Shown here: positions 13,311 to 27,042 of the stretch, one piece after another
Layout of the letters: each line of letters starts with the position of its first letter
Position numbering within the stretch: position 1 is the first letter of the stretch
DNA from: Chiloscyllium plagiosum
Lineage: Eukaryota
DNA length: 64,000 bases
Direction: 5' to 3'
Assembly: GCF_004010195.1 (NCBI RefSeq)
Contig: NC_057718.1
Span: 51,479,941-51,543,940 of the forward strand
Position numbers and translations under genes: made by a program
Notes under the pieces: generated by a model
Seen by the model: only the letters and a program-made list of their open reading frames with translations
Databases searched by the model: none
What the model was told of the DNA's origin: nothing

Positions 13311-14520
13311 AAGACTGTTCTAGTTAGACCAAAATGGTCTTTATCCTCATCCATGTCAGACTACTTTGGGCTTGAAGCAACCTATTCAAAGCATTTGGTT
13401 GGGTGTAATTTTAAGCTAACTTAATGGTTGGAAAGTCATACAAATGTTCTTGCAAAGAATGACAGAGGCCCATTTCACCCATTTCTTGTGAAATATGGGT
13501 GTTGGTTTCTGCTTGGACAGGTTTTATTAGTTGGATTATTCATCATGTACTCTCTGCCAAGTGGGCTATTAAATTGCCTAGTGCTCCTAATTTTCAGTTG
13601 TCTAAGATAGGCAGATATTTCAATCGTAGACAAATGTAAGATGGCTTCTGAGCATTAAATACCACATGGTTTGAATGAATGTTTTCTCTTATTATTCATT
13701 GTAATTGCATGTTGGAAACATAAATTGTCCAGCTCCTGATATTCTTGACAGTCAACCACATTTTGAATAGACCAAGAGCCCAGGAACTTCTTGAGCTGTG
13801 TCTTTAAAAGAATATCTCATTGCAGATTACACCTACCTTGGGCATGCAACAACCTGTAGTCGCATTGAAATCCAATTTATATCTGGGAATAGAGTTGCTA
13901 TTAAGAGGTGCTGCACAACCATATGAATGTGCAATTTTAGCCTGTGTGATGACAATTTCAATTTTATGCAAAACATCTTTATTGACTGGCAATTAATATG
14001 CTTCAATAATAAGCATTAGTGTGAGTTGAACCATTTCACTACTATAAATTGAGTGTTGATGGCAGGTGTTGTGCATCAAAATAGTTTGGCTTCATAAGCT
14101 TTGACTCATACAAGATATAATTTCATATGCCTCATGCTGTGACACTACAGGTTACTTCCGACAAATATCCTGCCTATGTAATAATAATACTCTTAAACTG
14201 CTTTTTATCATTTACACGTTAACAGTATTTATATCCTTGTTTTTTTTTGCACTTAACTGCTTGACACAATCATGGTTAATCATTATAATGTGATGTCAGT
14301 ACTTAAAGTAGGCATTTAGAAAATTTGTGAATTATTGCTGTATTTATTGGGGTTTCATATTGATCAAAATGATCAGCAATGTGTCTTTTGTTTCTAAGGT
14401 TTTTAATGTGAGAGCTTCTGTTTGGTAATTATGATCAAGAAATCATTTAAAGTTTGGGAGAAGATTTGTAGCTCGGGTGCTCGTTGTTGTGGTTCTGTTC
14501 GCGAGCTGGGAATTTGTGTT

Positions 14521-14560
14521 GCAGACGTTTCGTCCCCTGTCTAGGTGACATCCTCAGTGC
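14521..14560 (-). ncRNA. Minimal type I hammerhead ribozyme motif
   Basis: GCA-CTGAGGA-TGTC ACCTAGACAGGG GAC-GAAAC-GTC-TGC on the minus strand. Confidence 0.75.
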
Positions 14561-15879
14561 TTGGAAGCCTCCTGTGAAGTGCTTCTGTGATCTTTCCTCC
14601 AGCAATTATAGTGCTTTGTCTCTGCCGCTTCCGGTTGTCAGTTCCAGTTGTCCGCTGCAGTGGCCGGTATATTGGGTCCAGGTCGATGTGCTTATTGATT
14701 GAATCTGTGGATGAGTGCCATGCCTCTAGGAATTCCCTGGCTGTTCTCTGTTTGGCTTGTCCTATAATAGTAGTGTTGTCCCAGTCAAACTCATGTTGCT
14801 TGTCATCTGAGTGTGTGGCTACTAAGGATAGCTTGTCATGTCGTTTCGTGGCTAGTTGGTGTTCATGGATGCGGATCGTTAGCTGTCTTCCTGTTTGTCC
14901 TATGTAGTGTTCTGTGCAGTCCTTGCATGGGATTTTGTACACTATATTGGTTTTGCTCATGCTGGGTATCGGGTCCTTCATCCTGGTGAGTTGTTGTCTG
15001 AGAGTGGCTGTTGGTTTGTGTGCTGTTATGAGTCCTAGTGGTTGCAGTAGTCAGTTCAGAAATGTTTTTGATGTATGGTAGTGTGGCTAGTCCTTTGAGT
15101 TGTGGCATGTCCTCATTCTGTTGTCTTTCCCTTCGGTATTTGTTGATGAAATTCCGGGGGTATCTGTTTTTGGTGAATACATTATATAGGTGTTCTTCTT
15201 CCTCTTTTTACAGTTCTGGTGTACTGCAGTGTGTTGTGGCCCTTTTGAACAGTGTCTTGATGCAACTTCTTTTGTGTGTGTTGGGGTGGTTGCTTTCGTA
15301 GTTTAGGACTTGGTCTGTGTGTGTGGCTTTCCTGTATACCTTTGTGGTGAATTCTTCATTCGGTGTTCTCTGTACCATCACGTCAAGGAATGGGAGTTGG
15401 TTGTCCTTTTCTTCCTCTCTAGTGAATCGGATTCCTGTGAGTGTGGCGTTGATGATCCAGTGTGTGTTCTCTATTTCTGTGTTTTTAATGATTACAAAGG
15501 TATCATCTACATATCTGACCCAGAATTTGAGTTGAATTTGCAGTAAGACTTTTTGTTCTAACCTTTGCATTACCGCTTCTGCTATGAGTCCAGAGATGGG
15601 TGAGCCCATGGGTGTGCCGTTGATTTGTTCATATATTTGGTTGTTGAATGTGAAGTGTGTTGTGAGGCACAGGTCCAATAGTTTGAGTATGCAGTCTTTG
15701 CTAATAGGTTCCACGTCTTGTTGTCTGTTCTGTATGTCCAGCAGGTTGGCTATTGTTTCTCTGGCTAGGGTTTTGTCGATAGAGGTGAACAGTGCCATTA
15801 CATCGAATGAGACCATAGTTTCTTCCTTGTCTATATGTATATTTCTGATGATGTCCAAGAATTCCTGTGTTGACTGCAC
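14541..15879 (-). pseudogene. PLE reverse transcriptase-GIY-YIG endonuclease, 5'-truncated and frameshifted
   Basis: VSFDVMALFT, GTPMGSPIS, WVRYVDDTF, LPFLDV, then ATLPYI, then IVYKIPCKDCTEHYIGQTGRQLTIRIHEH, split over three ORFs. Confidence 0.9.
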
Positions 15880-16232
15880 AAAACACTACATAGGACAAAC
15901 AGGAAGACAGCTAACAATCCACATCCATGAACACCAACTAGCCATGAAACGACATGACCAGCTGTCCTTAGTAGCCACACACGCAGATGACAAGCAACAT
16001 GAGTTCGACTGGGACAACACTACTATTATAGGACAAGCCAAACAGAGAACAGCCAGGGAATTCCTAGAGGCATGGCACTCATCCACAGATTCAATCAATG
16101 AGCACATTGACCTGGAGCCAATATACCGGCCACTGCAGCGGACAGCTGGAACTGACAACCGGGAGCGGCAGATACAAATCATTATAAATGTCAGAGGAAA
16201 GATCACAGAAGCGCTTCACAGGAGGCTCTCAA

Positions 16233-16272
16233 GCACTGAGGATGTCACCTAGACAGGGGACGAAACGTCTGC
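16233..16272 (+). ncRNA. Minimal type I hammerhead ribozyme motif
   Basis: CTGAGGA 16236-16242, GAAAC 16262-16266, GTC 16267-16269; stem I GCA/TGC; palindromic ACGT stem III. Confidence 0.75.
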
Positions 16273-18899
16273 AACACAAATTCCCAGTTCGGCGAACAGA
16301 ACCACAACAAGAAATCATTTACTCCAGTCAACCCATTACATACCATGCAAGATCAGGAGAATGTATAATAAAATTTCATTTATTTATGATTGAAGGCCTA
16401 GTATAGTTTGCAATTGAATGTTTTAAGAACTTGCACATGTTACGCAATGGAACGACGTCTGATAGACAATGACTGTGCCATGTGCACTATATTCACATGA
16501 TTTTAGCATAAACGGGATATCATACAAATCAAAACTAACTCATTAAGTTGGAATAAGTACCTTTCTAAATGGTTATGATGTTTTATAGTTCTTTACATGC
16601 ATCAGAAACTCATTACAATTGCTGATAAGTTTACAGTTTTCGTACAATGATGCTTCTTTTTGAATAGAACGGCATTATACGACATAAAGCTGCTAAAAAT
16701 CTATGCTCAATCTGGTGATACAAATGCAAAGTTCTCACTCGGAACAGCTGTTCCTTTTTAATATTTAGTGAGATTTTGAATGACTCAATACTAAACTGTT
16801 TTGCTGGAATACATTCTTTTTTTAAATTAGTTTGTGCTCTTCAAGATGAACAATGTTGAGCCACCAAACTGAACTTATTGTCACTTTTGGATGTTTCAAT
16901 GCAAGTTTAATACTCCAAAATGCGAGATTGCATGCATTGATATGGAGAATTTTTTCAAACATTCTTTCATCCCAATTTCAGAACACTCCCCAGAAATGTG
17001 AAAATCTTCACTCCTCACTTCAGCAGGCTTTGTGTGTTCAAATGATTGAACTAATTGATTGGCAGTTTTGCATTTTGGGGATACACTCACTGGAAATTAG
17101 AATGAAAAAATCCATTTTCATGTCACTGAGGTCAATCACAGTCACCTGATATAGAAACCATCAATCCATCTATACAAGCCAGATCTAGATTTAGAGTTAA
17201 AAGGGGGGTATGCCCGCTTACAATTTCCCATTTTGTATGTAATAAATAACTTAAGGTAAATCTTTACCTTACATTGTAAAAAATGATATTTTAAACAGAA
17301 GGTTGAAATAATGATCGAGCAGTTACAATAATTTATTGTATTGCAATTGAGATTATAGTTGATTGTGCATGCTAATCTGATGTAACAAAAGTTTTGTAAG
17401 CAATTGCTTCAATAAAGGATTCCTCCCAAAACATGAAACCCTTTTCCTAAGTCTTTAGCAGTTTCTGATGTCACAGTGATGGCAGCAGTAAGTATTGTCC
17501 TAGCATAGTTGGCTCTGGGCAATTCATTCACAGCAAGGATGGGAAAGCCCAGCAACTGTGCAAAAGAAAAGGGATTTTCAGAAACATGTGACGCTCCAGA
17601 CTGGCACAAGTAGACCTGAGGTGTTAACTCAGATGTAGTAATGAGGTGATAAATCTTAACTTTCATATTTTTAGCCAGCTATTTACTGAACGCTACAGAA
17701 TATGTCTTTAAGGAAATTATTCCAATATTTGAGTGGGCTATGGGTTAAACTGTCTTTATAGCTGAATAGTTAACATATTTTCAGCATGTGTCCTGTAGTG
17801 ATGCTCCAGACTTTATACCTAGTGCTGATTTGTCTTCAAATTTTGTGTTGGGAATAACATAAACAATATCAGCTCTCACCATTATTAGGGAGTAAAATTA
17901 AACAGCACATTCCAACATCTGCTCATGTACACTCAAAAGTGGAAATTAGGACATTAAAATTGAACTGCCCCTCAACAGGTTTTGCAATAACAGTTCTTCA
18001 AGAAGAGCCTTGACAAATGAAAATTGTAAGGTTGCATTTATTAGCATGCAGGCATCCACTAAACATGTCAGTAAATGCTAGGAATTGTTCTTTCAAGTTA
18101 AAATAGAATTTTAATCAAGCAAGAAGTTTCAATTGTTACCAAACACCCTCTCTGGCACCGAAAATGCATCTTTACAAACAAACTTGCAAACTGTAACTTT
18201 CTACCATAAGTTATTTTGTTTTCTTTCATCCCTTTTAATGTTAATTCAATTTTGGTATTTTTCTTTCTATAACGTTTTTCACTCTTTCTCTTAATCCCAT
18301 CTTTCTTTCTTTCTCTGTACCACACTTCTGTTACATTGTTTATTTTGAATTAAATATCCTGTCTTACATCTCTTCATTCAGGCATTATCTGCCTCAGTAT
18401 GAATCTTTCAGCCTGATTGACTGAAGAGACATGCTGCTGCTGTTGCTATTTACAGAGGTCTCAGATTCCCTGTGGTAAAAACAGCATTTGTTAGATTCCC
18501 GAAGTTGAATTGTTGCTGCTTTCAACCCACAAACAAGCAGTTTGTGAGTAACTGTAAACATAATCTTTGGGGAATGTGTTATGTTTGCTGTTGACCACAA
18601 AATCTGAATTAATATGCAAACTCGTGTTAGACTTCAAATAACTGGGCTAAAACCCTTTACCATGAGTTAACTATTTTCTGGACAAATAAAATCATTTCAT
18701 TTTTAAAAATACACCAAAAATATTTGAAATGTCTGAATTATTCTTTCTTAATAGTCAGCAATATTTTTGTACAGCTATTTTATGTTTATCCATTACAATG
18801 ATTTTCAGGTTTTTAATTTTTTTCAATTGACAAAGCTTCATGACTGAAAATTTAATTATATTCACATTTCAAAATAACAATTCTATTTGAATTTGCTCA

Positions 18900-20470
18900 A
18901 AAGAGAAACATCTTGCTGAAGCTTTTCATCGTGAATGCATAGGACAAACACAAGAATGGCAATGTTTAACAAGTACAACAACTTATACCACAAGATTATG
19001 AGCGGCACAGTGGCACAGTGGCACAGTGGTTAGCACTGCTGCCTCACAGTGCCAGAGACCCGGGTTCAATTCCCGCCTCAGGCGACTGACTGTGTGGAGT
19101 TTGCATGTTCTCCCCGTGTCTGCGTGGGTTTCCTCTGGGTGCTCCGGTTTCCTCCCACAGTCCAAAGATGTGCAGGTAAGGTTAATTGGCCATGCTAAAT
19201 TGCCCGTAGTATTAGGTAAGGGGTAATTATAGGGGTATGGGTGGGTTGTGCTTCGGCGGGTCAGTGTGGACTTGTTGGGCCGAAGGGTCTGTTTCCACAC
19301 TGAAATGTAATCTAATCTAATTAATGGAGGGCTGATTCATTGATGAGTCAACTTTGATTCATCAAGACATTGTCCAGAGAAATGAAAAATGAACTATAGG
19401 CTCTTCATGTTTCCATCTAATTCATAAAAGGTACAAGGCTTGAACATATACCTTTTGTTTGCCAAGAACATGACCCTGTATATAAATATGCCACTTCTAG
19501 CAAATCTAAATGAGCCAGATGATGAGCTCAACTGGTTATCTTGATATGATTGTCAGTATAGCTATGAGCATATTCTGGATTCCTCAGCACATTTTGCACA
19601 AATGGGAAATCATAAACATGTTGGAATTTGTTTGGCTTCGCAGACTACAAGATTGGCCTAATCAGCAAACTTGCAAACAAGGCCAAAGTCATTTCCTCAT
19701 CTTGCAGAAGTAGAACATATTGAAGTTATCTTGCTAGACAATGACTATCCTGATCAAATCATTGTTTGCTGTGTATTGCAAAGGCCAACATTTTCAGAAT
19801 TAAGAAAGGTATGGGGTCAACCTGAAAGTACCCAGGAAATGCAAAGAATCTGAAGGCTTGCAATTACAAATTCTGGAAGTTGTTTCCTGCTGCCCCAAGC
19901 AGTGGTGACATTGGGAGTATTTGCCAATAATAGGATTCTGCCATTAGTCAATAAAGGCATTCTTTCATTCAAATTCAAGTATTGGTGTGAAGTCAGGTAT
20001 GTAGGCCATATGTCCCAATGATTGGCTGATTAAATCAAATAACATCTTCCTTCAGCTGTTCATTAGAGGCAGGGTACAGGCCATACTCAACCTCGCTGTG
20101 CTTGCAAAACCCAAAACAGACTGTGATTGCATGGTTGGACTCCACTTCTCTGAACAATCCTGAGTAATAGCTCCATCAGCAACTGACTCAAGCTCATAAC
20201 TTGGCATATTTATGCCTGTTACATACATGAGCACGTCTCCACAAATAACAAACGTTTGTTCAATTCTTGTGCAATTTTTGAATTATTCAGAAACATGAGT
20301 AACCAACATGAATTACTCAGTTCTCCATTGCTTTTTTCTTGGCAATACTTCAGCCAATCATAGTCAATTAGCAACCAATCAGTACCTCTATTCTCATCCA
20401 GTACAATTTGCTGTGATCATACAAAAGTTGGCATTTTTGCATTTGTCCTGATCAGTGGAAGACAACAAAT
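18900..20470 (+). mobile_element. Old, decayed PLE with inverted terminal repeats, interrupted by HE1
   Basis: EVEHIEVILLDNDYPDQII and KFKYWCEVRYVGHMSQ (GIY-YIG-like); ~18900-19400 is roughly inverted relative to ~20310-20470. Confidence 0.6.
19001..19320 (+). mobile_element. HE1 SINE
   Basis: Full head-V-domain-tail structure; (gtggcaca) stutter at the 5' end; (taatc)n end. Confidence 0.93.
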
Positions 20471-21619
20471 ATTTTTAACACATTTCTTTACCAGGAACCT
20501 TCTATTAATGTTTTGTAGAACTAAGTGAGCAATTTCATTACTAAACATATTTGAATCTATTTTGACAACTTTTTACTGTTGCAGAGCTGACTGAAAATAA
20601 ACACTTTCTACAATTTCAAATGAGCTATTATTCTTCTCAAAATACCTGCCTTAGCAGAAAAGCCAGAGTTAAGCATATATTTATTGATAGTATTTGGCCA
20701 TTTTTATGAAAGCAATCTAAAATTGCAGAGGCTTATGCATGTTACAGGATCTCATACTAACTTTGCTCATTCTCAACTTAGATTATAATTCACTTCACTG
20801 CTATTTCTTTTTTTTATATTTTTTTCCTATGTTATCTAATATCCCTGGAATTGTCATTGAAATAGAGCACTCTACTAATGTCTTAATTGAGGTAATAACA
20901 TGATTGCTTATGAAATCTTTCGCTTAATGTCCCAAAACTTCTATTTTGTTCTCTCCTCCCTTCCTCCCTTTTCCCTGGCTCTGCACATGTTTAAAACTTG
21001 TATTATCTCCCAGTTCTGGTGAAAAGTCACCAACTGGAAATATTGGCTGAAATTTTCAAGTACCTCTGTGCACCATAACAAGTGTGAGTGCTCTTTGGAA
21101 ATAGAAGACTCATTGTGTCAATGTCTTACTGCCTCCAGAACACACTGGAATTTCCAAGTGAGGTTGGGATGGAAAGTCAGGATCTCACTACCTCTAATTA
21201 ATTTCCTGTTAAGCTCCTCAAGGAGCTTGTTAACTAGTTGAGGAGATAAACTGTAAATTGCAAGTCAGTGAACCCAAACAGTCTGATGCATGATAGTACA
21301 TAGCTGACAGTTTCAACACAGGAAGCAAGTAAATAATGTTTTTGATGAGGAAATATTTTATCTGCTGTGTTATTGTGTGAGTTCACTTACCTTACTTTTA
21401 ATGCTTTTGCCACTTTTGTATGCAGAGAGACTGCTGACACCCCAAAGTGCAGACTCCTCTCGTTTACAAGGCAGCAAAAGGTTCCATCATGGCTGTTATC
21501 TGCCTTTGCTACTTGTGCTAAACAGGCAACTCCTGCCTCCAAGTAATGATCAGCTCACTACTTGTATGTCTAGCTCACCTACAGTCCAACTAGCAGATTT
21601 AATTTTGAGGAGAGAAAGC

Positions 21620-21745
21620 AGATTTGACCCTTCACTGGACTCAAAACATTAACTCAGCTTTCTCTCCACAGATGCTGCCAGACCTGCTGAGTTTCTCCAG
21701 AATTACTGTTTTCGTTTCAGATTTCCAGCATCTATTGTATTTGTA
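21620..21745 (+). mobile_element. PLE 3' terminus with a truncated HHR
   Basis: cactggactcaaaacattaactc...ccacagatgctgccagacctgctgagtttctccag, same family as 41760-41865. Confidence 0.65.
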
Positions 21746-22439
21746 CTTGAGGACAGATTGCATAGACAATGCAGATGAAGTGCAGAGTTAGAATACATAA
21801 ATTATCTGCCATAGGGTTCCCAATTCTGCATTAAAAAGCAAGCTTGTTTACACTTATTCTCTCTGCCCAGAGATTCTACAAAGGTATTTTTGTAATTATC
21901 TATTTACATTTTAAATTTTGAGTATCAGCATTATTTTGATTTTTTTATGCCTCATTTTGTTTTGGTTGATGACCTTGAAAATAAATTCCAACTTACTCCT
22001 ATAATAGCATTTTTACATTGACCAATAAATGCATTGTTTGCCTACATAATGATAATCACCGTACATCAAAACTTATTTGAAACAATTTGATGCCGTAAGG
22101 CACTATATAACTGCACAAGTTATATTATTGCTTGTCACATTTAAAGCATAAGGGAAATATTCTTGATTCAACAGGGAAACAAGGTACAAGTTCATAACTA
22201 AGGCAGAGGTGATGAAAATGCTGTCAGCAGATTCTGTACAATTTCTCAGCCCTAAGGATGAATGACAATGTGTTAAACAGTTTTTGTTCTGCCTATTTTT
22301 CATGGCCTTTGTTACTAAATTGTTAACATAAACCTAAAACCCAGTGTATCTTTCAAGATGTGATTAAAACTTCATTTTGAAACTAATTATTCTAAACTCT
22401 CATTGAGTATTTAGCTCCATATCCTCTATTTCACAAGAC

Positions 22440-22700
22440 TAACTGTTTCCAATATTTGTAAAATAACCTGCCTCTGCTTTCACTTATCCCATCCATTGCT
22501 GAAACCATTATACATGTCTTCGTTACTCTGTGAATTGATTATAGCTATACTCATCTTGTTCAAATCTCATTCACTACCTTCCAAGAACATCAATTCCAAA
22601 GTTTTGCAGTTCATGTGTTATATTGCATCAAAACCTCACCTCCATCCTTAAGTTCCTCAAAGTATCAAAATTAAAATTATTTGCCGATACTTAAATTCAT
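22440..22700 (+). mobile_element. Decayed L2 LINE ORF2 C-terminal fragment
   Basis: gctgaaaccattatacatgtcttcgttactctgtgaattgattatagc resembles AETLIHAFVTSRLDYS. Confidence 0.5.
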
Positions 22701-25700
22701 CCACGGTCTAACACTCTCTTTCACCATGACATAATCAGATCCTGAGTTCACTTTAATGCTTGCAATCTCTGATCGGGTCTAAACGTAATCTGCACTGCAC
22801 TCACTGTCACACCTTCAGCAACTAAGTCACACTCTATCCAAACATTTATCGTTTCTCTTGACCTTGAACTAATTTCTTAGGACCCAACTCAGACAAAGTT
22901 TTTGATCACTCTTCCTCAGATTTATCTAGCTAGCACCTGTTTCTACTCCATCTCACATCTTTAACAGCAGACATTTTTAAAAAATAAAGAAAGTTGTATT
23001 AAGCGATTCATTTCTTGTTGAAAGGGGAGCATTTCTTCCGTGTAATATGCCCTACAATTCAGGTTGAACAAGACTGAGAAGTGCAGATGCAATCAAAAAT
23101 ACGTAGAATGCATTGTTACTCAACCAAACTGGTGCATCACTTCTGCATTGAGAACATCCTGTGGACACCATAATTTGTACTATTGTCACAAAGTCTATGA
23201 GTAGTGCTTCTCCCACACACTCTTGCCTGTTAGCTGTGCTTTCAAGAGTCATATACTCTCTTGATTTTCTTGCTGTTCACACTTGCACTCTTTGAGGCTA
23301 TTTCTATTCTGAGTCCTTTGGATTCCTAGTTCGTCCTTCACTTAGAGCAAGGAGTTCTCACTTTTGGTTATACTGTAATCTCTTTATTTACATTAGCATA
23401 TACAATTTACTTTGTAAAGCTCTCTAATACTGTTTCTCTTCTGCTCCTCATCAAGTCTTCAGCATGTATCTCTCTGCTCTGCTGATATCAAAGTAGCATT
23501 ATAACTTACACTATGATTACTATTTCAATTTCCTATCATAGCACAAACCCCAGATAGATTTAAAATTATTGTTGAAAATTTGCTTTCTCAGTGTCATTGA
23601 AACAAATTGTTGATTGTATTTATGTGCAATAGTGAGAATGATAATTTGGTGGGATGATATATTACTGCATTGATACAATGCCTAAATATGCTTTTTTTCT
23701 AAGGATACAGTCAGGGCAAGATTTTATTCTAAACTTTTCTCTTGACAGATGTGCACAGCAAAGAGAAAGTTCTTTCTTTGAGGGAAGTACAATTCCATTA
23801 ATATCTCCCAATGGCTAGATTATGACAACCTTGTCAACATCGCAGACACAAGAAATGTAGCTGCCTCTCAATTGGAGAACAGAGCAGGGGACAGGGGTAT
23901 CAAGTGAAACCAATTTGAAAATTGAAAAAAAAAAATCTCGAATAGAAATATTCATGCAGCAACATATATCTGATATGGATACTTGGAAATATACCAATAT
24001 GACTATTTGAATAAATAAATTGCTTGTTTCAATGGCCTGACTGCAGTTGAAGTGAATACTCCTCGATAGTCATTTATGGTTTGATTACAAAATATCATAA
24101 GAAATAAATGCAATGACCTAAATAGATTTGCTCAGTTGGCACCAAGAAACATTTGTAGGAAGAATGAGTCATTTCTTGTCTTATAACATCACACCGAGAA
24201 ATGTGAATTGTTTTTGAACCTCACACTGATAAAGATAAAATAAACAAATCCCCAAAAGAAATCTGTCCAGGGAAACAGTAATCTAAGCAGAAGCACTTCA
24301 CAAAGCATTTTCATATTTCTACTGGCACATCTGCAGTGCTAATATCCAGTCAAGCATCAGTTATGTGAAAAAAGCCTAATATCCTTCAGACCAAGAGATT
24401 TCTCCAATGTGATGCATCTAAATGAGGCTGTTATAAAAGCTGAAGGTACCTCATTATTTCTAGTTGACATAAACTGTTTACAATAGTCCTTTTTTTTAAG
24501 AGTTTCCCATTTATGTTCATGTTCCACAAACGGTGAAGAATGAGATTTTTAATTCTTACTTGAAGTAAGGCTTGCTGGTCATTGTATAGAGAAATCAATA
24601 ATCTTAGTATAAAGCCAGATATGGCCTCTGGATTGTTTTCTGCTGAGGCGACATATCTCACAATAAGCTCAAAGAGTACATTACTGTCTTGATTGTATTT
24701 CAATTACAAAAAGTCAGTATTACACAATGCTGAATCCAAACATACAAACTGCTACGGCAAATATTGCAACATTTGCAAAATTAGGCTTCTTTTAAAAAAA
24801 GTTATTCATTTTTAACGAGATTGATTTTAAATGAGCAAGGTAGGAAGCAACCAAAAAAGCTATCCATTCTTAAGGATAGACTGTGTTTTAGGATGATATA
24901 ATGAATGCATGGTGTCTCAGAAGTAATTAGGCTTCCCTGTGATGCTCAATGTGGAGGTTTCGACAGATGCATGTCATGAGATGCCTGACCGAACAATGCT
25001 AGCTGATGATCGGTTGTGAAAGGTGATGTTAAGCAAGCGGTAATTCAACTAAAATATTTATCCATTAGACAACACTATCACAAAGGTCTACAACCTTGTG
25101 AAACACATAACACATCAGCAGTAATCAGGGATTAGGTTGTAGAAATTACCTAAGTGGAACATTATTTCTCTCTGCGGATCCTGTTTTACAGAACAAATTT
25201 TCTGTTATTTAAAGAGTTGCAGCTAGGCACAAAATTTATCAATTGTCATATATGAATTGTGGCCAGTAATTGTCCACTGATGGTTTTTTTGTGCCTTATA
25301 TTGCAAATATTGGAGTGCAGCTTTTGGGATGTAGACCTTTGTGTCTATTTTGTTTCACTCCCCCATGCTGGGAAGAATGTGCTAGAATATAGCTCTCAGT
25401 CTGCACAATTCTGTATTTTCTTACCGTTTGAATGAAGTCAACATCACAAAGCACATAAAGATGAACAGATGGCAACCAATAAGCATCTTACATTAACTAG
25501 CTTAAAGAAATAACCAAATGTTGATTCATTTATTCTAATGTTTTAGTGTACCGAGGGTATCTTTGTCTTCACATCCAAACTCACGGATATACAAAGACAG
25601 AAACCCTCAGACATGAAAACTGACTCATTTCTGAATAATTGCCACACGTTTTTTAGAAATTCCTTTGATAATATCTTGATATGTTTAAACATTTACAAGG

Positions 25701-26899
25701 GACTGTCTCAAGATTTTAAAAAAGAAAACGAAATAGCAGCATGGAAGAACGGTGGTCTCTTCATTAACATTCTTACTTTATCTCATTACTAACTTTAATG
25801 ATGGACAGTAATTGATTTTACAATAGGACTGAGCTTTGACATGTAACCATGACAACCATAATTCGATAATTCTAAACCCACAAAGGTTGCTCTAAATCTC
25901 CAGAGAAACATAACCTGTAGCTCAGCCGGGCTGATGGGTTTGACACATATATTGTTTAAAAAGATCACCAGGGATTGTTACAATATAGAAGCATGAATCA
26001 AACATTTATATTGTATTATTTTGAAGGGAAATTGTTTCAATCAGTAATTGATTTTACCTTCTTAGAATTTTTACGTTATTGAATTCTACCTAACGACCGA
26101 GTGTGAAACACTAAGCCACTACGTGGTCATTCACAGAGCAAAAGAAATACCTCATTAGAATTGGTATCCAAACATAACTAAATATGTTCTAAAATTTTAA
26201 GAGTGTGTTATCTTATGAGGGAAATAAATTCTGAGCAGTCTTATGCTTTTCCTATAGACAGCAATTTGCATGTGACATGGGGAGCATGAAAAGAAGGAAC
26301 TGTCAAACCCAACATTGTGAGTGGCTGGGTAATAAACGTCCAAGTCCTCCATGAACTAATGGCAGCTCGCTGCTATCTTCCACTCTATAAAATGAAAACA
26401 AGGTCTATTCTTACCTTAAGGTAAGGGTCATGACCACCTCAGTGTTATTATATCCTGCTTGTCACAAACATATTCAAATCCAACTCCCCTGTGCTAAGGC
26501 AAACACTATCACTTTCTGTAAGACATGCACATTTTACTACAATTTTTAACATTAGTGATTCATTCGAGACCTTTATACTGTATATTAAAAGTTAATTGTC
26601 AATCAGAAATTGAGTCATTCTATTGTACACTATAGTTCCCCATAGATCACAAGAGCGTTGACAGCTTCCATATTTTTTGAAATTATGCTCCACAGTTCAG
26701 TACTTAATTTTTCAATTGCTTCCCTGTCTATACAATAAAAATGATTTTAAAAATTCAAAATCACACTTGTTCTCCAAAAATAGTTCTTTACACAAATAGA
26801 AGAACCATATTATGTTTGTTGATTCAGTAAACACAAAAAATGCATAAGATTTCTCTGTAAGGAAGAATTAGAACATTTTCTCTTTAAACAATAATTATG

Positions 26900-27042
26900 T
26901 AAAGGTAAATTCAGTATATCCCAGAGAACCATAGGGCTGCTGTCTTAGCAGACTGAGATGATTGGTGGGGGTTTAACCTGATGATCACCATACCTCAGGC
27001 AATGAGGCAGGTTGAGAGGATGAGACCTTCATGGTGACCTCA
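26900..27042 (-). mobile_element. SINE fragment (same family as 49505-49710)
   Basis: ccatagggctgct...ggtttaacctga matches the reverse complement of 49630-49690. Confidence 0.6.

Larger units (their letters stand above)
14450..16307 (-). mobile_element. Penelope-like element (RT + C-terminal GIY-YIG) with an inverted ~438 bp terminal repeat
   Basis: RT and GIY-YIG peptides on the minus strand; ~14484-14921 is inverted at ~15872-16310; 14 bp TSD caagaaatcattta 14436-14449/16308-16321. Confidence 0.93.

Noticed and set aside
17409..17666. 85 aa minus-strand ORF
   Set aside because: No convincing donor site or homology
26410..26425. 16 bp perfect palindrome cttaccttaaggtaag
   Set aside because: About one such palindrome is expected by chance in 64 kb
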